A model generated the notes under the pieces. The model made no database searches, was not told the DNA's origin, and saw only the letters and a list, made by a program, of their open reading frames with translations. Made by a program: the position numbers and the translations under genes. Positions 9,654 through 19,597 of a DNA stretch of 63,279 nt are shown here, in pieces; within the stretch, counting starts at the first letter, position 1, and every line of letters begins with the position of its first letter. Source of the stretch: a virus (Duplodnaviria > Caudoviricetes); the IMG/VR virus record IMGVR_UViG_3300046004_002250, positions 1-63,279 of that record; one strand, given 5' to 3'.

Positions 9654-9967
9654 ACGATCTCCTAACACCACCCCCGGTCAATGCAGCCTATTCGGTTGCC
9701 CAGACCATTGACCAGACTGCCAAGGACGGTGTGCAAAGCTTTGTCAGCAGCATCAGAGAAGCTTTCAAGCTATTCTGGAAACACCCAACAGTTACGCCTA
9801 CCGAGCAAGCGGCGCAGTGGGGGACAAACTGCTGCGCCTTGTTTGACCGACACGCTGCGGCGGTGGCATTCCTGCTGTCACAGGGGGTGGAACTGGACCC
9901 ATCTGACTACACACCACCGCTGCCCTTTGTGCGCAATGAAGACGGCACCGTGACCATTGGAGAATAA
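9650..9967 (+). CDS. Hypothetical protein
   Basis: ATGA overlap with the upstream gene. Confidence 0.65.
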   Translation: MNDLLTPPPVNAAYSVAQTIDQTAKDGVQSFVSSIREAFKLFWKHPTVTPTEQAAQWGTNCCALFDRHAAAVAFLLSQGVELDPSDYTPPLPFVRNEDGTVTIGE

Positions 9968-9971
9968 CAGC

Positions 9972-10478
9972 ATGTGTGAAATCAGCCAGCTTTACACAGA
10001 GCACCGGCAGAATCTGGTGGCGTATGCGGTGGGGTATCATCGCCGTTCGGAGATGGAGGCGCAGGATTGTGTGCAGGATCTGTTTGTGCTGCTGATGCGG
10101 AAGGGGCTGGGGATCAAGCTGGATGAGGCGCGCAATGTGGGGGCCTGGCTGCGGATGAATCTGGGCTGGGTGATCAGTGCGCGGAAAACACGGGCAGCAC
10201 GGCCCTGCCGGGGTGGCACGTCGGAGCATGTGGGGCTGGATCAATGCGCGGAGGTGCCGGATGCGGCCCTGCTGCCAGATGCGGAAGCCAGCCGGGCGGA
10301 TGTGGCGCGGGTGCTGGAAGCCTGTGGAGTCACTGAGGCCACGGTGATCTGGAAACCGGGCATGGAAGATGCCAAACGGGTGGCGCTGTATCGCTTCCGG
10401 AAAAAGGTGCGGGAACAAGTCAGGGCAATGCTGCAACTCAACGAAGATGATGAATTTTACCGAACACTTTCTCACTGA
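9972..10478 (+). CDS. ECF-type sigma-factor-like protein (region 2)
   Basis: LYTEHRQNLVAYA...EAQDCVQDLFVLL...AWL resembles sigma70 region 2. Confidence 0.65.
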   Translation: MCEISQLYTEHRQNLVAYAVGYHRRSEMEAQDCVQDLFVLLMRKGLGIKLDEARNVGAWLRMNLGWVISARKTRAARPCRGGTSEHVGLDQCAEVPDAALLPDAEASRADVARVLEACGVTEATVIWKPGMEDAKRVALYRFRKKVREQVRAMLQLNEDDEFYRTLSH

Positions 10479-10833
10479 AATCAAGCTGACACTGCTGGCT
10501 CTGATCGGCCTTGGTGCATGGGTGGCGGATGCCAGTCAATCGCTGAATCTTCAAGGCTGGGATGAGGTGGGCCTCAAAGGCATCCTGCTGGCGGCGGTGT
10601 TCTTCATTGGCAAGCTGTTCCTGCAAAGCCAGCGGGATCACAAGGCGGAGATGACGGAGACCTGGAAACTGCACAAGGAGGAGAGCACAGCGCGGGAGGA
10701 GCGGATGTGCACGGCGCTGGACAAACATGCGGTGAGTCTGGAGAGGATTGCGGAGCTGAATGAGGAGCAGTTGCAGCACTTTCGTGGCTTTGTGAAAAAC
10801 GCGATCGAGGACAAGATGCGGCCGCATGGTTGA
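10447..10833 (+). CDS. Holin-like membrane protein
   Basis: Two hydrophobic helices followed by a coiled coil. Confidence 0.55.
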   Translation: MMNFTEHFLTEIKLTLLALIGLGAWVADASQSLNLQGWDEVGLKGILLAAVFFIGKLFLQSQRDHKAEMTETWKLHKEESTAREERMCTALDKHAVSLERIAELNEEQLQHFRGFVKNAIEDKMRPHG

Positions 10834-10848
10834 CGCTGGGCGGCAGGA

Positions 10849-11094
10849 ATGAAAAACAAACTTCTCCTGCGGACAGTGGCTGTTCTAATGTTGGTGGTGG
10901 GACTGCTAAGCGGATGCAGTATGGGCAAGCTGAATGACTGGACACTGCGCGAGGGCAACCTTTCGCTGATGGATCTGCTGCGAATCGGCACAGACAGCGT
11001 GGCTGCCGCTGAAATCATCAAGGACGATGTGCGCCGGACACAGGCTGCCAATAGGTCGGCCAAAGCGGTGAAGAATGTAACGGTCAGTAAATAG
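10849..11094 (+). CDS. Lipoprotein (spanin-like candidate)
   Basis: Signal peptide with LLSG-C lipobox, in the lysis-like cluster. Confidence 0.6.
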   Translation: MKNKLLLRTVAVLMLVVGLLSGCSMGKLNDWTLREGNLSLMDLLRIGTDSVAAAEIIKDDVRRTQAANRSAKAVKNVTVSK

Positions 11095-11119
11095 TAACTC
11101 AAAAAAACACACGAAAATC

Positions 11120-11377
11120 ATGCCATTCCTGCTGAATTATCTGACGAAATACCTGCGCGCTGCGCTGGTGAATTACAAGACCACGCTGGTGGGGGTGGGC
11201 ATGATTTTACATGCCTTGCTGGTGCTGGCAGATCAGGCCAATGCGGTGGCCAATGGCACGGGTGAGATTGATCCGGCACAACTGCTGCTGGTCAAAGCTG
11301 AACTGCTGGGCGGTGTGGGCTTCATCTCGACACGGGATGGCGACAAGACTTCTGAGCAATCGGGCGCCAAGCATTAA
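11120..11377 (+). CDS. Holin-like protein
   Basis: NYKTTLVG...G.GFI.(A/T)RD pattern of small 2-TM holins. Confidence 0.65.
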   Translation: MPFLLNYLTKYLRAALVNYKTTLVGVGMILHALLVLADQANAVANGTGEIDPAQLLLVKAELLGGVGFISTRDGDKTSEQSGAKH

Positions 11378-11380
11378 GCC

Positions 11381-12859
11381 ATGGCCATTGTCTTTTCCGC
11401 GTCCGGATTGAAGCCGAGCGTTGGTGCGCGGGTGACGGTGGGGATTGCTGGTGAAACGGTGGCCTATGGGGCTGCCGTTTACTGCGTGCCGGAGACGGAG
11501 CGGTGGTGGCAGTCGGATGCCAATGGCGCGGCGGCCAAGCGGGTGGTGCATGGGCTGGCGCTGAATGCGGCCGTGGTGGGCCAGAGTCTGCTGGTGGTGC
11601 AGGAAGATCCTCACCTGCGCACGGGCCTGACCACGGGCGAGGTGATCGCGGCGGGCTCCATTCTGGTGCTGAGCACAGCGGCGGGCGTGCTGAAAATCGG
11701 GTCGGCGGTCTCTTCCAGCACGGCGGTGGTGGTGGCGGTGGCCAACTCAAGCACGGAGATCCATTTCAAGCCGCTGGCTGGCGGGGAGACGGCGGCGGGC
11801 ACGTTTTACACCCGCACGGCGTTTGTGGCCAGTGGCGGTAATGACAGTGGCGGGACGCTGGGGTATCTGGACCAGCCTTATTTGACGCTGGCGGCGGCAG
11901 TGGGCGCACTGGCGGCGGCCTATCCTGGGCAAACGACGACGATCCGATGTCTGGGAGGAGTTGGCGGGGATGGTGTTTTGAGTTCCAGCGCCAGTCTGGA
12001 CACGCTGCTGACGGCAGGGCTGACGATCCGCAGTCATGACACAGGCGTAGTGTCGCTGGGAGAGGTGAGCTTTGGCAGCCAGCCGGATGCGCTGCTGACG
12101 CTGAATCATGTGAGTATCACTGCGCTGGTCAAGGTGGGGCATGTCGGGGGTGGCGCGGATTCAGCAGGCACGATCACGGGAGATGCCGAGACGGTGATCG
12201 GACTCTTGCAGGTGAGTGGCAGTGGCAGTTACACGCCAGGCGGCAATGGGGCGCATGGAGGGACTGTGAATGCGGATGCAGGCTTTTCCCCGCCGCCAAA
12301 TTCTCCGCCAATGAATGGATACGATGGAGATATGGCGTATGCCAGTGGGGCGGCTGGGAGTGTTGGCAGCACCGGGAACCGGGCGTGGGATGTGACGCTG
12401 GCGGGTGCTGGCTCAGTGTCATACATCACAGCGGTGGGTGGTCCGGGTGGTGATGGCGGGATTGGCGGCAATGGCGGCAGTGCGCTTGGCGGGTTCGGTG
12501 GCCGTGGGGGTGACTCAAACAACAGCATGGCTCCGGAAGTGGGTGGCAATGGCGGCAATGGCGGTAATGCGTATGCCAATGGTGGTGCGGGTGGCACGGG
12601 TGGTCGTGGTGGTGATGGTGGTGACATTGATCTGGGAGCCTGGGCGGGATCAGCCATCGCTTCGTATGCAGGTGGTGCAGGTGGAATCAGCGGGACTCCC
12701 GGCTCTGCTGGAACAGCGACGGCAGGAGGTCTGGGATTAGGTGGTGACGGTGCTCTGGGTGGAGCCAATGGAACGGCTGGCACAGCGGGCACGGCTTATG
12801 CCAATGCTGGCGCATCGGGTGGCACCAATGGGTCGGGCACGGCTGGATCACTGGTCTAA
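11381..12859 (+). CDS. Glycine-rich fibre/decoration protein
   Basis: N-terminal ~135 aa paralogous to 12912-13331; GGxGGxGG C-terminus. Confidence 0.7.
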   Translation: MAIVFSASGLKPSVGARVTVGIAGETVAYGAAVYCVPETERWWQSDANGAAAKRVVHGLALNAAVVGQSLLVVQEDPHLRTGLTTGEVIAAGSILVLSTAAGVLKIGSAVSSSTAVVVAVANSSTEIHFKPLAGGETAAGTFYTRTAFVASGGNDSGGTLGYLDQPYLTLAAAVGALAAAYPGQTTTIRCLGGVGGDGVLSSSASLDTLLTAGLTIRSHDTGVVSLGEVSFGSQPDALLTLNHVSITALVKVGHVGGGADSAGTITGDAETVIGLLQVSGSGSYTPGGNGAHGGTVNADAGFSPPPNSPPMNGYDGDMAYASGAAGSVGSTGNRAWDVTLAGAGSVSYITAVGGPGGDGGIGGNGGSALGGFGGRGGDSNNSMAPEVGGNGGNGGNAYANGGAGGTGGRGGDGGDIDLGAWAGSAIASYAGGAGGISGTPGSAGTATAGGLGLGGDGALGGANGTAGTAGTAYANAGASGGTNGSGTAGSLV

Positions 12860-12911
12860 GCGTTGACAGGGGGAGCGAGGGGAACAGTCAACTCTCTTTT
12901 AATCACTCATT

Positions 12912-13331
12912 ATGGCATCTCCTGTTTTTTCTTCCACTGGACTCAAACCAAGCACTGCCGCCACTAAGGTTATCGGTGTGGCGGGTGAAGCGATTGCCGC
13001 TGGTGATCAGGTTTACCGCGCTGAAACCACGGGCCTGTTCTGGTTGTCAGACGCCAATGGCGCTGCTGCTGCCAAGGTCGTTTATGGCATGGCCATGAAT
13101 GCCGCTGCTGTTGGTCAGTCCCTGATTGTGGTTTCCAAAGATCCGGTGCTGACCACGGGTGCCACCACAACGGTGGTCATGGCTGCCGGTGACATCCTGG
13201 TGCTCGGTGAAACACCGGGCAAGGTGGTGGTGGCTCCAGCTTCCTCCGGTGACGCAGTGATCGTGATCGGAGTGGCGCTGAGTGCGACCACACTCAATTA
13301 CAGTGTGCTGGCAGGTGGCTCGGTGGCCTAA
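12912..13331 (+). CDS. Decoration/cement-like structural protein
   Basis: AGEAIAAGDQVY...GMAMNAAAVGQ; paralog of the N-terminus of the preceding gene. Confidence 0.65.
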   Translation: MASPVFSSTGLKPSTAATKVIGVAGEAIAAGDQVYRAETTGLFWLSDANGAAAAKVVYGMAMNAAAVGQSLIVVSKDPVLTTGATTTVVMAAGDILVLGETPGKVVVAPASSGDAVIVIGVALSATTLNYSVLAGGSVA

Positions 13332-13354
13332 CCTGATTTTCTTCTTCTCCCGGC

Positions 13355-13696
13355 ATGGCCTCTCCCTTTGATGCAGCGTGGACTCTTGAGACAGAGGCTG
13401 CGGTGAATCAGATGGGGGAGGCCATTACGTTGGGTGATGTGGCGCTGACGGCGGTGGTGAGTGAAGTGGAGTCCAGCCCGACCCATCAGGGGCCGATGGT
13501 GGTGAACAGCGGGGTGCTGTTTCAGGTGTTTCTCACTCGGTTACAAGTTACTGAATGTTACCCTGATGACGGTGCGGCGGAACGGCTCAAGGGCAAGGTG
13601 GTGCTGCGTGGCACGCGGCGTGCACGGGTGCTGCGGGTGATCGATCTGGGTGGTGCTGGCGTGCAGCTTGATTGCGGGCCGGTGGGTGATCGTTGA
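13355..13696 (+). CDS. Head-tail joining protein (tentative)
   Basis: Size and position before the tail terminator and tube genes. Confidence 0.5.
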   Translation: MASPFDAAWTLETEAAVNQMGEAITLGDVALTAVVSEVESSPTHQGPMVVNSGVLFQVFLTRLQVTECYPDDGAAERLKGKVVLRGTRRARVLRVIDLGGAGVQLDCGPVGDR

Positions 13697-13711
13697 CGGC
13701 GGCGGTGCTGC

Positions 13712-14164
13712 ATGGCGACGACGACTATCGAACAACGGGTGGAACTGATGCTGGGGGCGGAGCTGTCTGCCCGTGTGCCGGAAATGCGCTGGCTGCTGAG
13801 CCAGCAAAATGCGGAGGGCGATCCGCCGTATGCGCTGATCCAAGCGGATGAAGCGCGGGAAACAACGCCTGAAAGCGGGGTGTTTTACGTCAAGGTTTAC
13901 CTGCTGGTGACGCATGCGCTGGATGAAGAATCCGGTGAGCGGCATGGTGAGATCGTGCAGGCGGTGCGCCTGGCACTGGAGTCCCTGCCGCGGCCAGCGG
14001 AGGATGAAGATCATGGCGTGCGGGTCTATGGCCTGACGGTGCTGCAAACGACCACGGCAAACACGGCGCATGAGATCGGGGTGCTGATGGAACTCAATGT
14101 GGGCTGCGGGGTGCTGGAAAAACAAGAAGGCGGAGCGGTGTATACACCGGATGTGGAGCTGTGA
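13712..14164 (+). CDS. Tail terminator/completion protein (tentative)
   Basis: Acidic 150 aa with PYALI motif, directly before the tail tube gene. Confidence 0.5.
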   Translation: MATTTIEQRVELMLGAELSARVPEMRWLLSQQNAEGDPPYALIQADEARETTPESGVFYVKVYLLVTHALDEESGERHGEIVQAVRLALESLPRPAEDEDHGVRVYGLTVLQTTTANTAHEIGVLMELNVGCGVLEKQEGGAVYTPDVEL

Positions 14165-14185
14165 TGTTGACAGGGTGCGCTGGAT

Positions 14186-14578
14186 ATGGCTCTCAAACAA
14201 TTTGGCAATCAGGGTTACGTCTATGGCTTCACCGATGGTGAGGCTGCAGCAATCGCAGCAACAATCGGGCTGACCCCGCAAGACCTGACGATGCAGGTGG
14301 CTCCCGAAGTCGAGGCGGAGGGCAAGGACATTTACAACCGCGCCGTGGCCTTCACGCTGGACACTCAGGGCAAGAAAAGCTTCACGCTCAATGGCTACAT
14401 CAGCAATGCCGCCCTGTTTGAAGCGGCGATCGGCCAGACGTTTGTTTACAAGACTTTTGTGCTCATCATTTCCGGCCGTGAGCTGGGGGTGAAGAAGGAT
14501 GACTTCCAGACTGGGAGCGTCACGGGAGTGAGCTACAGCCAGATCACGGATCAGGCTGGCACGACGATTGTGGCCTAA
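14186..14578 (+). CDS. Major tail tube protein
   Basis: Biased codons, followed by a terminator, chaperone and tape measure genes. Confidence 0.6.
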   Translation: MALKQFGNQGYVYGFTDGEAAAIAATIGLTPQDLTMQVAPEVEAEGKDIYNRAVAFTLDTQGKKSFTLNGYISNAALFEAAIGQTFVYKTFVLIISGRELGVKKDDFQTGSVTGVSYSQITDQAGTTIVA

Positions 14579-14611
14579 CGGGGCTGCTTGGCAGGATGAA
14601 CAGCAAGGGTT

Positions 14612-14642
14612 AAAGGCCGGGGGTGGTTCCCCCGGCCTTTTT
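14612..14642 (+). terminator. Rho-independent terminator
   Basis: AAAGGCCGGGGG-TGGTT-CCCCGGCCTTT hairpin with T tail. Confidence 0.85.
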
Positions 14643-14662
14643 GTTGACGGCGCGGGTGCTGC

Positions 14663-15382
14663 ATGAGTAAACATCCTGAACTTGATGAAGTGCTGCTGGC
14701 CTGGTGTGGGGGCGGTGACTGGCGTGTGCTGGGGCATCGTCTGCGACCGCTGACGCTGCTGCACATTGAACTGCTGCGCATGATCAACAGTGGGGTGGTG
14801 ACAGGCGGGAAGATGAACTTGCCGGAGCTGGATCTGGCGGCGCGGATTTGCAGCATGGACCCGTGGCGTGCAGGGCGCTGGCTGACGCGCAGGCGGAAGG
14901 GGTGGTGGCAGATATGGGAGCGGGCTCGGTTCACTTTGGTGCTGCTGCGCTGGTGGCGGGCACTGCCGGAGCAGTGGGGCATCATGACGAGTTATGCCGA
15001 GGCCACGCTGAAAGCGCCGGAGATGATGGTGCGTGAGCAGGCGGCGGCCGGGGCCTCTGAAAAGCGGGATGCGCCAGCGTTTCTGGATAGCTGGGCAGCG
15101 ATGGTGGAGGCTGGATTCCCGCACCGTGAGGTGGTGGGCGTGTGGCCTGCTTCACTGATTGGCTGGCTGCAGGAGACGCTGGCCAGCCGGGAAGGCGGAC
15201 GGAAATTCATCACCACGGAAGACCGTGAGTTGATGCGCAAAGCGGAGGCAGCGCGGGCCATGACTGACCCTGCGCCATCAAGCATCGAGGTGATGGCTCA
15301 ACGGGCGCGGCGAATGCGGGCGTTGACGCAGAGGGTTGTGCATGGCACTCCCGAATCTGCGCAATCTGGTCAACAGCAATAA
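14663..15382 (+). CDS. Tail assembly chaperone (tentative)
   Basis: Position between tube and tape measure genes. Confidence 0.55.
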   Translation: MSKHPELDEVLLAWCGGGDWRVLGHRLRPLTLLHIELLRMINSGVVTGGKMNLPELDLAARICSMDPWRAGRWLTRRRKGWWQIWERARFTLVLLRWWRALPEQWGIMTSYAEATLKAPEMMVREQAAAGASEKRDAPAFLDSWAAMVEAGFPHREVVGVWPASLIGWLQETLASREGGRKFITTEDRELMRKAEAARAMTDPAPSSIEVMAQRARRMRALTQRVVHGTPESAQSGQQQ

Positions 15383-18191
15383 AGCCTCAGCGATCGAGGG
15401 CGGCGGAGCGGCGCTGGTGACACTGGCGCTGGGTGGCAGCAAGGCCGAGGCGGCGATGGCTGGTCTTGGGCAGGCGCTGGCGCATAAGGTGCTGGGGCCG
15501 TTGTCCTTGGTGGCCGGTATGGCTTACGGGGCGCTCAAGGGTGTGTTTTCACTGACCAAGGGCTTTGCCAGCATGGGGGTGGCCAGTGCTGCCAGCATGG
15601 AAAAGGTGCAGAACCAACTGCGGGTGATGTTGAAAGGGTTGGATGCCGCCAAACAACGGGTGCGTGAGATGCAGGCATTCAGTGTCAAGACGCCGTTCTC
15701 CATGAAGGATGTGGTGGCGGGCAATCGGGTGATGGAAAGCCTGGGCCGTGGTGCGCTGAGCACCAAGGAGATGATGACTCAGGTGGGGGATGCCGCGGCA
15801 CAGGCGGGCACCGATTTTGAACAGATGTCCATTTATGTGGGCCGTCTCTATGATGGACTGGCAGCGGGTCGGCCAGTGGGGGAAGTGCTGTTTCGACTGG
15901 CGGAACTCGGAGTGGTGAGCGGGGCGGCGCGCACCCGGCTTGAGCAGTTACAGGCCAGTGGGGCTGGATTTGCCGAAGTGTGGGGAGTGGTCGAGCAGGA
16001 ACTCAAGCGCAGCAAGGGCACGATGGACTACACCAGCCGGACGCTGGAAGGCATGCAGCAGGCCGTGGCGGATGCACAGGATCAGATGCAGGCGAGTTTC
16101 AGCATGAACTTCTTGGAAGGGCAGAAGGAGGCGATGCAGGCGCAGATGCAGACCATGCAGAACCTGACACCCGTGGCGGCAGATTTGGGGCAGGCGTTTG
16201 GCAGTGTGATCACGATTGCCACGACGTTCAAGGATAAGGCGCTGGCCATGGTGACGAGCTGGAAGCCTGTGCAGGTGGTGATGAGTGTGGTGGCGCGCGC
16301 GGTGGCCCTGCTATCAGTGGCGATTGTGGGTCTGGCCAGTGTCGTGGGTGTGGTGCGCATCTACCAACTGGTGAGTGGAGTGGCGGCGCTGGGCAAGGCG
16401 GCGCTGGTGGCGCGCTTGGGCGTGACGGCGCTGGGGCGGAGCCTGCTGCTATTGGCATCGGGGCCGTTTGTGCTGCTGGCGGCGGCGCTGCTGCTGCTGG
16501 GGTCGGGCCTGATGATGATCCGTGATAAAGCGGCACGCACCAGCGCGGCGCTGCGTGAGTATCAGGGGGCCACGCGGTCACTGATCACCCAACTACAAGC
16601 GCAGGCGGCAGCGATCAAAACGCTGGACGAACTCAGCCTGGGCTACCAGCAAACGCTAGCCAAACTGCGGGAAGCGTATGAGCAGGAGGCGGATGCTGCG
16701 CTTGCTGGCGAGGGTAAAAAACAAAAGGCGGCGCGTGACAAGATCACGGCACTCAAAGAGCACTTGGCTTATCTGGACAAGATCAATCGGGCTGGACTGG
16801 AGCAACCGCAAAATGTGGTGGACACCATGACGGCACTGAAAGGCAACCGGCGTAACAATGCCGCGGCAGAACGGGAAGCAAACCGGGCCAAAATGACACC
16901 CGAAGGCCGCGCTGCGGACAGTGAGCTGGAGGCCAATGAACTGCTGCGCAGGCGGGAGGCGGCAGCGCGTGAGATTGCCGGCCAGATGAGCTATACGGAG
17001 GGCGGGGCAGAGGCGCAAACGGCTTTGGCGCGCAATCGAACCGATCAAAAGGAAGTGCAGGAGGCTTTCCGTGGTCGTGGGTTGGATGATCCAAAAAAAC
17101 AAGCATTGAATCCAACGGGATATGCTATGCTGACACAGCGGGCGGCAGAGTTAAAAACTCAGGAAATTGAACTGGCCAAGGCGGTGCTGATGCAGGCAGA
17201 GGCCAGTGGCAGCGAGATTGCCGTGATGCAGGAAAAGCTCAAAATTTGGGATCAATGGGTGGCCGTGCAGGCAGATGTTGAGGCGGCGCAAAACGCGGTG
17301 ACTGAGGCGACTTTGGAAGAGGATAAAGATGGTAAAAAGGCGCAAAAAGTCCGTGAGTTGACCATTGCACTGGAGGATCAACTGGAGACCCGGCGGCGCC
17401 TTGCTGAGATTGCTGGCATGGCCAAGATGGACCCACGCACAGCGCAGGCGATGCGGGCCGAGGTGGAGCGGCGTAAGGCTGAGACTGGCGCAGACATCAT
17501 GAACCGGCCGGAGGAGATTGCCAAACGGGATCAGGCGGAACGGGAACGCAAGGCGGCGGATGCGGCGGGCCGGAATGCGGAGCTGGATGTGACGGTGGCG
17601 GGTGCGGGACTGGATGGCCGACTGGCCTCAGAGCAGGCGGCACTGGATGCGGAGCGGCAGCGGCTGGAGATTCAGGCACGCACGGAGAGCATGGATGAAC
17701 GCATCTATGCAGCGCGGCGCAAGCTGCTGGAGATTGATCAACTGCGGCTGAATACACAGAAGGAAATTGCCAAACAGGAACGCACGGGTGAGTTCAAGGC
17801 AGGCGGGTTTGATCTGCGGGCACAGGCGGCGCGGCTGGGTGGTCGCGGAGACAAGATGCGGGAGATGGAGGAGAAGGCGGCGCTGGCGCGTGAGGAGGCT
17901 GGACGCAAGGCGCGTGAGCAGGCGCTGATGGACACGGGCCTGACGGATGAAGAGGCCAAAGGCCAGACCCAGGCGGAGTTTAACCGTAACCGAATGAGCC
18001 GTGAGATGGATCGGCAGGGCAGTCTGCTGGGGGTGGCGATGGGTGAACGCAGTGTGTCTGACAGCATGGCGCGAATCGGTGGTGGTGGCAGCACGTATGG
18101 TGGTGGCGACATCAAGGCCATCACGGATCGACTGGACAAGCTGATCAAGGCGGTGGAGGAGCAGGAAGCGCATGAAGCGAAGCTGCGGTGA
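15342..18191 (+). CDS. Tape measure protein
   Basis: ~949 aa helical; FSVKTPF, VGDAAA and central TM segments; ATG 15342 preceded by TTGAC-N14. Confidence 0.9.
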   Translation: MALPNLRNLVNSNKASAIEGGGAALVTLALGGSKAEAAMAGLGQALAHKVLGPLSLVAGMAYGALKGVFSLTKGFASMGVASAASMEKVQNQLRVMLKGLDAAKQRVREMQAFSVKTPFSMKDVVAGNRVMESLGRGALSTKEMMTQVGDAAAQAGTDFEQMSIYVGRLYDGLAAGRPVGEVLFRLAELGVVSGAARTRLEQLQASGAGFAEVWGVVEQELKRSKGTMDYTSRTLEGMQQAVADAQDQMQASFSMNFLEGQKEAMQAQMQTMQNLTPVAADLGQAFGSVITIATTFKDKALAMVTSWKPVQVVMSVVARAVALLSVAIVGLASVVGVVRIYQLVSGVAALGKAALVARLGVTALGRSLLLLASGPFVLLAAALLLLGSGLMMIRDKAARTSAALREYQGATRSLITQLQAQAAAIKTLDELSLGYQQTLAKLREAYEQEADAALAGEGKKQKAARDKITALKEHLAYLDKINRAGLEQPQNVVDTMTALKGNRRNNAAAEREANRAKMTPEGRAADSELEANELLRRREAAAREIAGQMSYTEGGAEAQTALARNRTDQKEVQEAFRGRGLDDPKKQALNPTGYAMLTQRAAELKTQEIELAKAVLMQAEASGSEIAVMQEKLKIWDQWVAVQADVEAAQNAVTEATLEEDKDGKKAQKVRELTIALEDQLETRRRLAEIAGMAKMDPRTAQAMRAEVERRKAETGADIMNRPEEIAKRDQAERERKAADAAGRNAELDVTVAGAGLDGRLASEQAALDAERQRLEIQARTESMDERIYAARRKLLEIDQLRLNTQKEIAKQERTGEFKAGGFDLRAQAARLGGRGDKMREMEEKAALAREEAGRKAREQALMDTGLTDEEAKGQTQAEFNRNRMSREMDRQGSLLGVAMGERSVSDSMARIGGGGSTYGGGDIKAITDRLDKLIKAVEEQEAHEAKLR

Positions 18192-18215
18192 GGCATTGAC
18201 ACCCGGCGCTGCGAT

Positions 18216-18971
18216 ATGGCTCTGAAAACATTTGGTCCGGTCAATACAGCGCGCACGCTGCCTGACAGTGTGCGGCTGACGCAGAAAAAGAACGGCTTGA
18301 GTGAGGGTGAGGCCAGCTTTGAAGTGTCGGGCGTGCCTGGGGTGGCGCTGGCGGCTTACCTGCCGGGACTCGGGACAGTGCATCCGCTTTCAAGCAATGT
18401 GTGGATGGAAAGCCGGACGCTGACGCAGACTCCGACAGGTATGCGGGCTGACTGCCGCTATGCGGGTGCGGAACCGGCGATGTTCGATGTGCCGCAGTAT
18501 GAGCTGACGATCTCGATGCAGGAGCAGCCGATTGAAACGCATCAACTCTTTGCCAGCACGCTGGCGGGCACTCCCACGGCACCACTGAACGGGGCGATCT
18601 TCATTGACCCGGATACGAACATGATCGGGACCAGCAATGTGAAGTGCGTGTTTGAGCGGTTTGCGCCTGTGCTGACGGGTGGTGGGCGCAATCCGATGGG
18701 TGGACTGGAATCGTTTCTGGCACCGACGGTGACTTACCGGCAGATTTATGTGAGTGACAATCTGCCAAGTGCCACGGGCTTTGGTAAAATTGCCAGCAGT
18801 GGTGTGCCGTTGCCAGGATTTCCGGGCTCATTGGGAGCGCGGACCTGGCTCTACATGGGCTTCACCTACAAGCGGCGCGGTGCGCCTGCGGGTGGGAGCG
18901 GCATTGTCTATGAAGTGCAGAAGGAATGGCTGTTGAGCGGGCCTGCGGGCTGGAACACGGATGTTTACTGA
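18216..18971 (+). CDS. Distal tail/hub protein (tentative)
   Basis: Follows tape measure; EQPIETH and GWNTDVY motifs. Confidence 0.6.
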   Translation: MALKTFGPVNTARTLPDSVRLTQKKNGLSEGEASFEVSGVPGVALAAYLPGLGTVHPLSSNVWMESRTLTQTPTGMRADCRYAGAEPAMFDVPQYELTISMQEQPIETHQLFASTLAGTPTAPLNGAIFIDPDTNMIGTSNVKCVFERFAPVLTGGGRNPMGGLESFLAPTVTYRQIYVSDNLPSATGFGKIASSGVPLPGFPGSLGARTWLYMGFTYKRRGAPAGGSGIVYEVQKEWLLSGPAGWNTDVY

Positions 18972-18973
18972 CC

Positions 18974-19594
18974 ATGAGTGCTGACCGATTTTCTCAAACG
19001 CTGAGTGAGACGACACCGGGCATGCGGATGCAGGAGGCGATCACGGCGGAGCGGATGAATGCGCTGGGGATTCTGGCACAGGAAGCAGCGGCGGGGAAGC
19101 ATGTGCGCGGAGGCATGGGCATTCAGGTTCGCAACGGGCCTGCAGGGGTGACGATCTCAACCCGCAACCGGGCGCGGGGTGCGCCGATTGCGGATCACCC
19201 GTGGCGCTACCGCTCGGCACCTGCGGGAAGCACGGCGTTCCAGTTCTGTCTGACCAGTGGCACGGTGAATCTGATTGTGCCAACTGGGATGGCGGGGCCG
19301 TTCACGGTGGGTTCTTCGTCGGTGCTGTATGTGTGGGTCTCGGTGACGCTGAGTGGCACGGGGGCGGTGACGGGTGCGGCGATGGCCAGCGGTTCATCCC
19401 TGCCGAGTCCGGTGACGGCGTGGTTCAGCGCCACGGGTGCGCCGAGTGCGATCTATCTGCCGGTGCTGAAAGTGACCAGTGATGCTGCTGGGATCACGAT
19501 GGTGGAGCAGATCGAAAAGGTGAACCGGCAGTTTGGCAGGCGGGTGGTTTACATGAGCTGCACGGAAACCAAGTTTGCCATGATGTGGGACTGA
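18974..19594 (+). CDS. Tail tip protein
   Basis: ITAERMNAL...GIQVRNGPAGVTIS; tail module position. Confidence 0.55.
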   Translation: MSADRFSQTLSETTPGMRMQEAITAERMNALGILAQEAAAGKHVRGGMGIQVRNGPAGVTISTRNRARGAPIADHPWRYRSAPAGSTAFQFCLTSGTVNLIVPTGMAGPFTVGSSSVLYVWVSVTLSGTGAVTGAAMASGSSLPSPVTAWFSATGAPSAIYLPVLKVTSDAAGITMVEQIEKVNRQFGRRVVYMSCTETKFAMMWD

Positions 19595-19597
19595 GCC

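Noticed and set aside
13693-13714. TTGAC motifs as ordinary sigma70 -35 boxes or as stop-codon artefacts
   Set aside because: Too close to the ATG and no -10 box; only two copies (10830, 13693) overlap an upstream TGA stop
14663-15382. G/GT-type chaperone frameshift
   Set aside because: A single ORF spans tube to tape measure; no convincing slippery site or second frame
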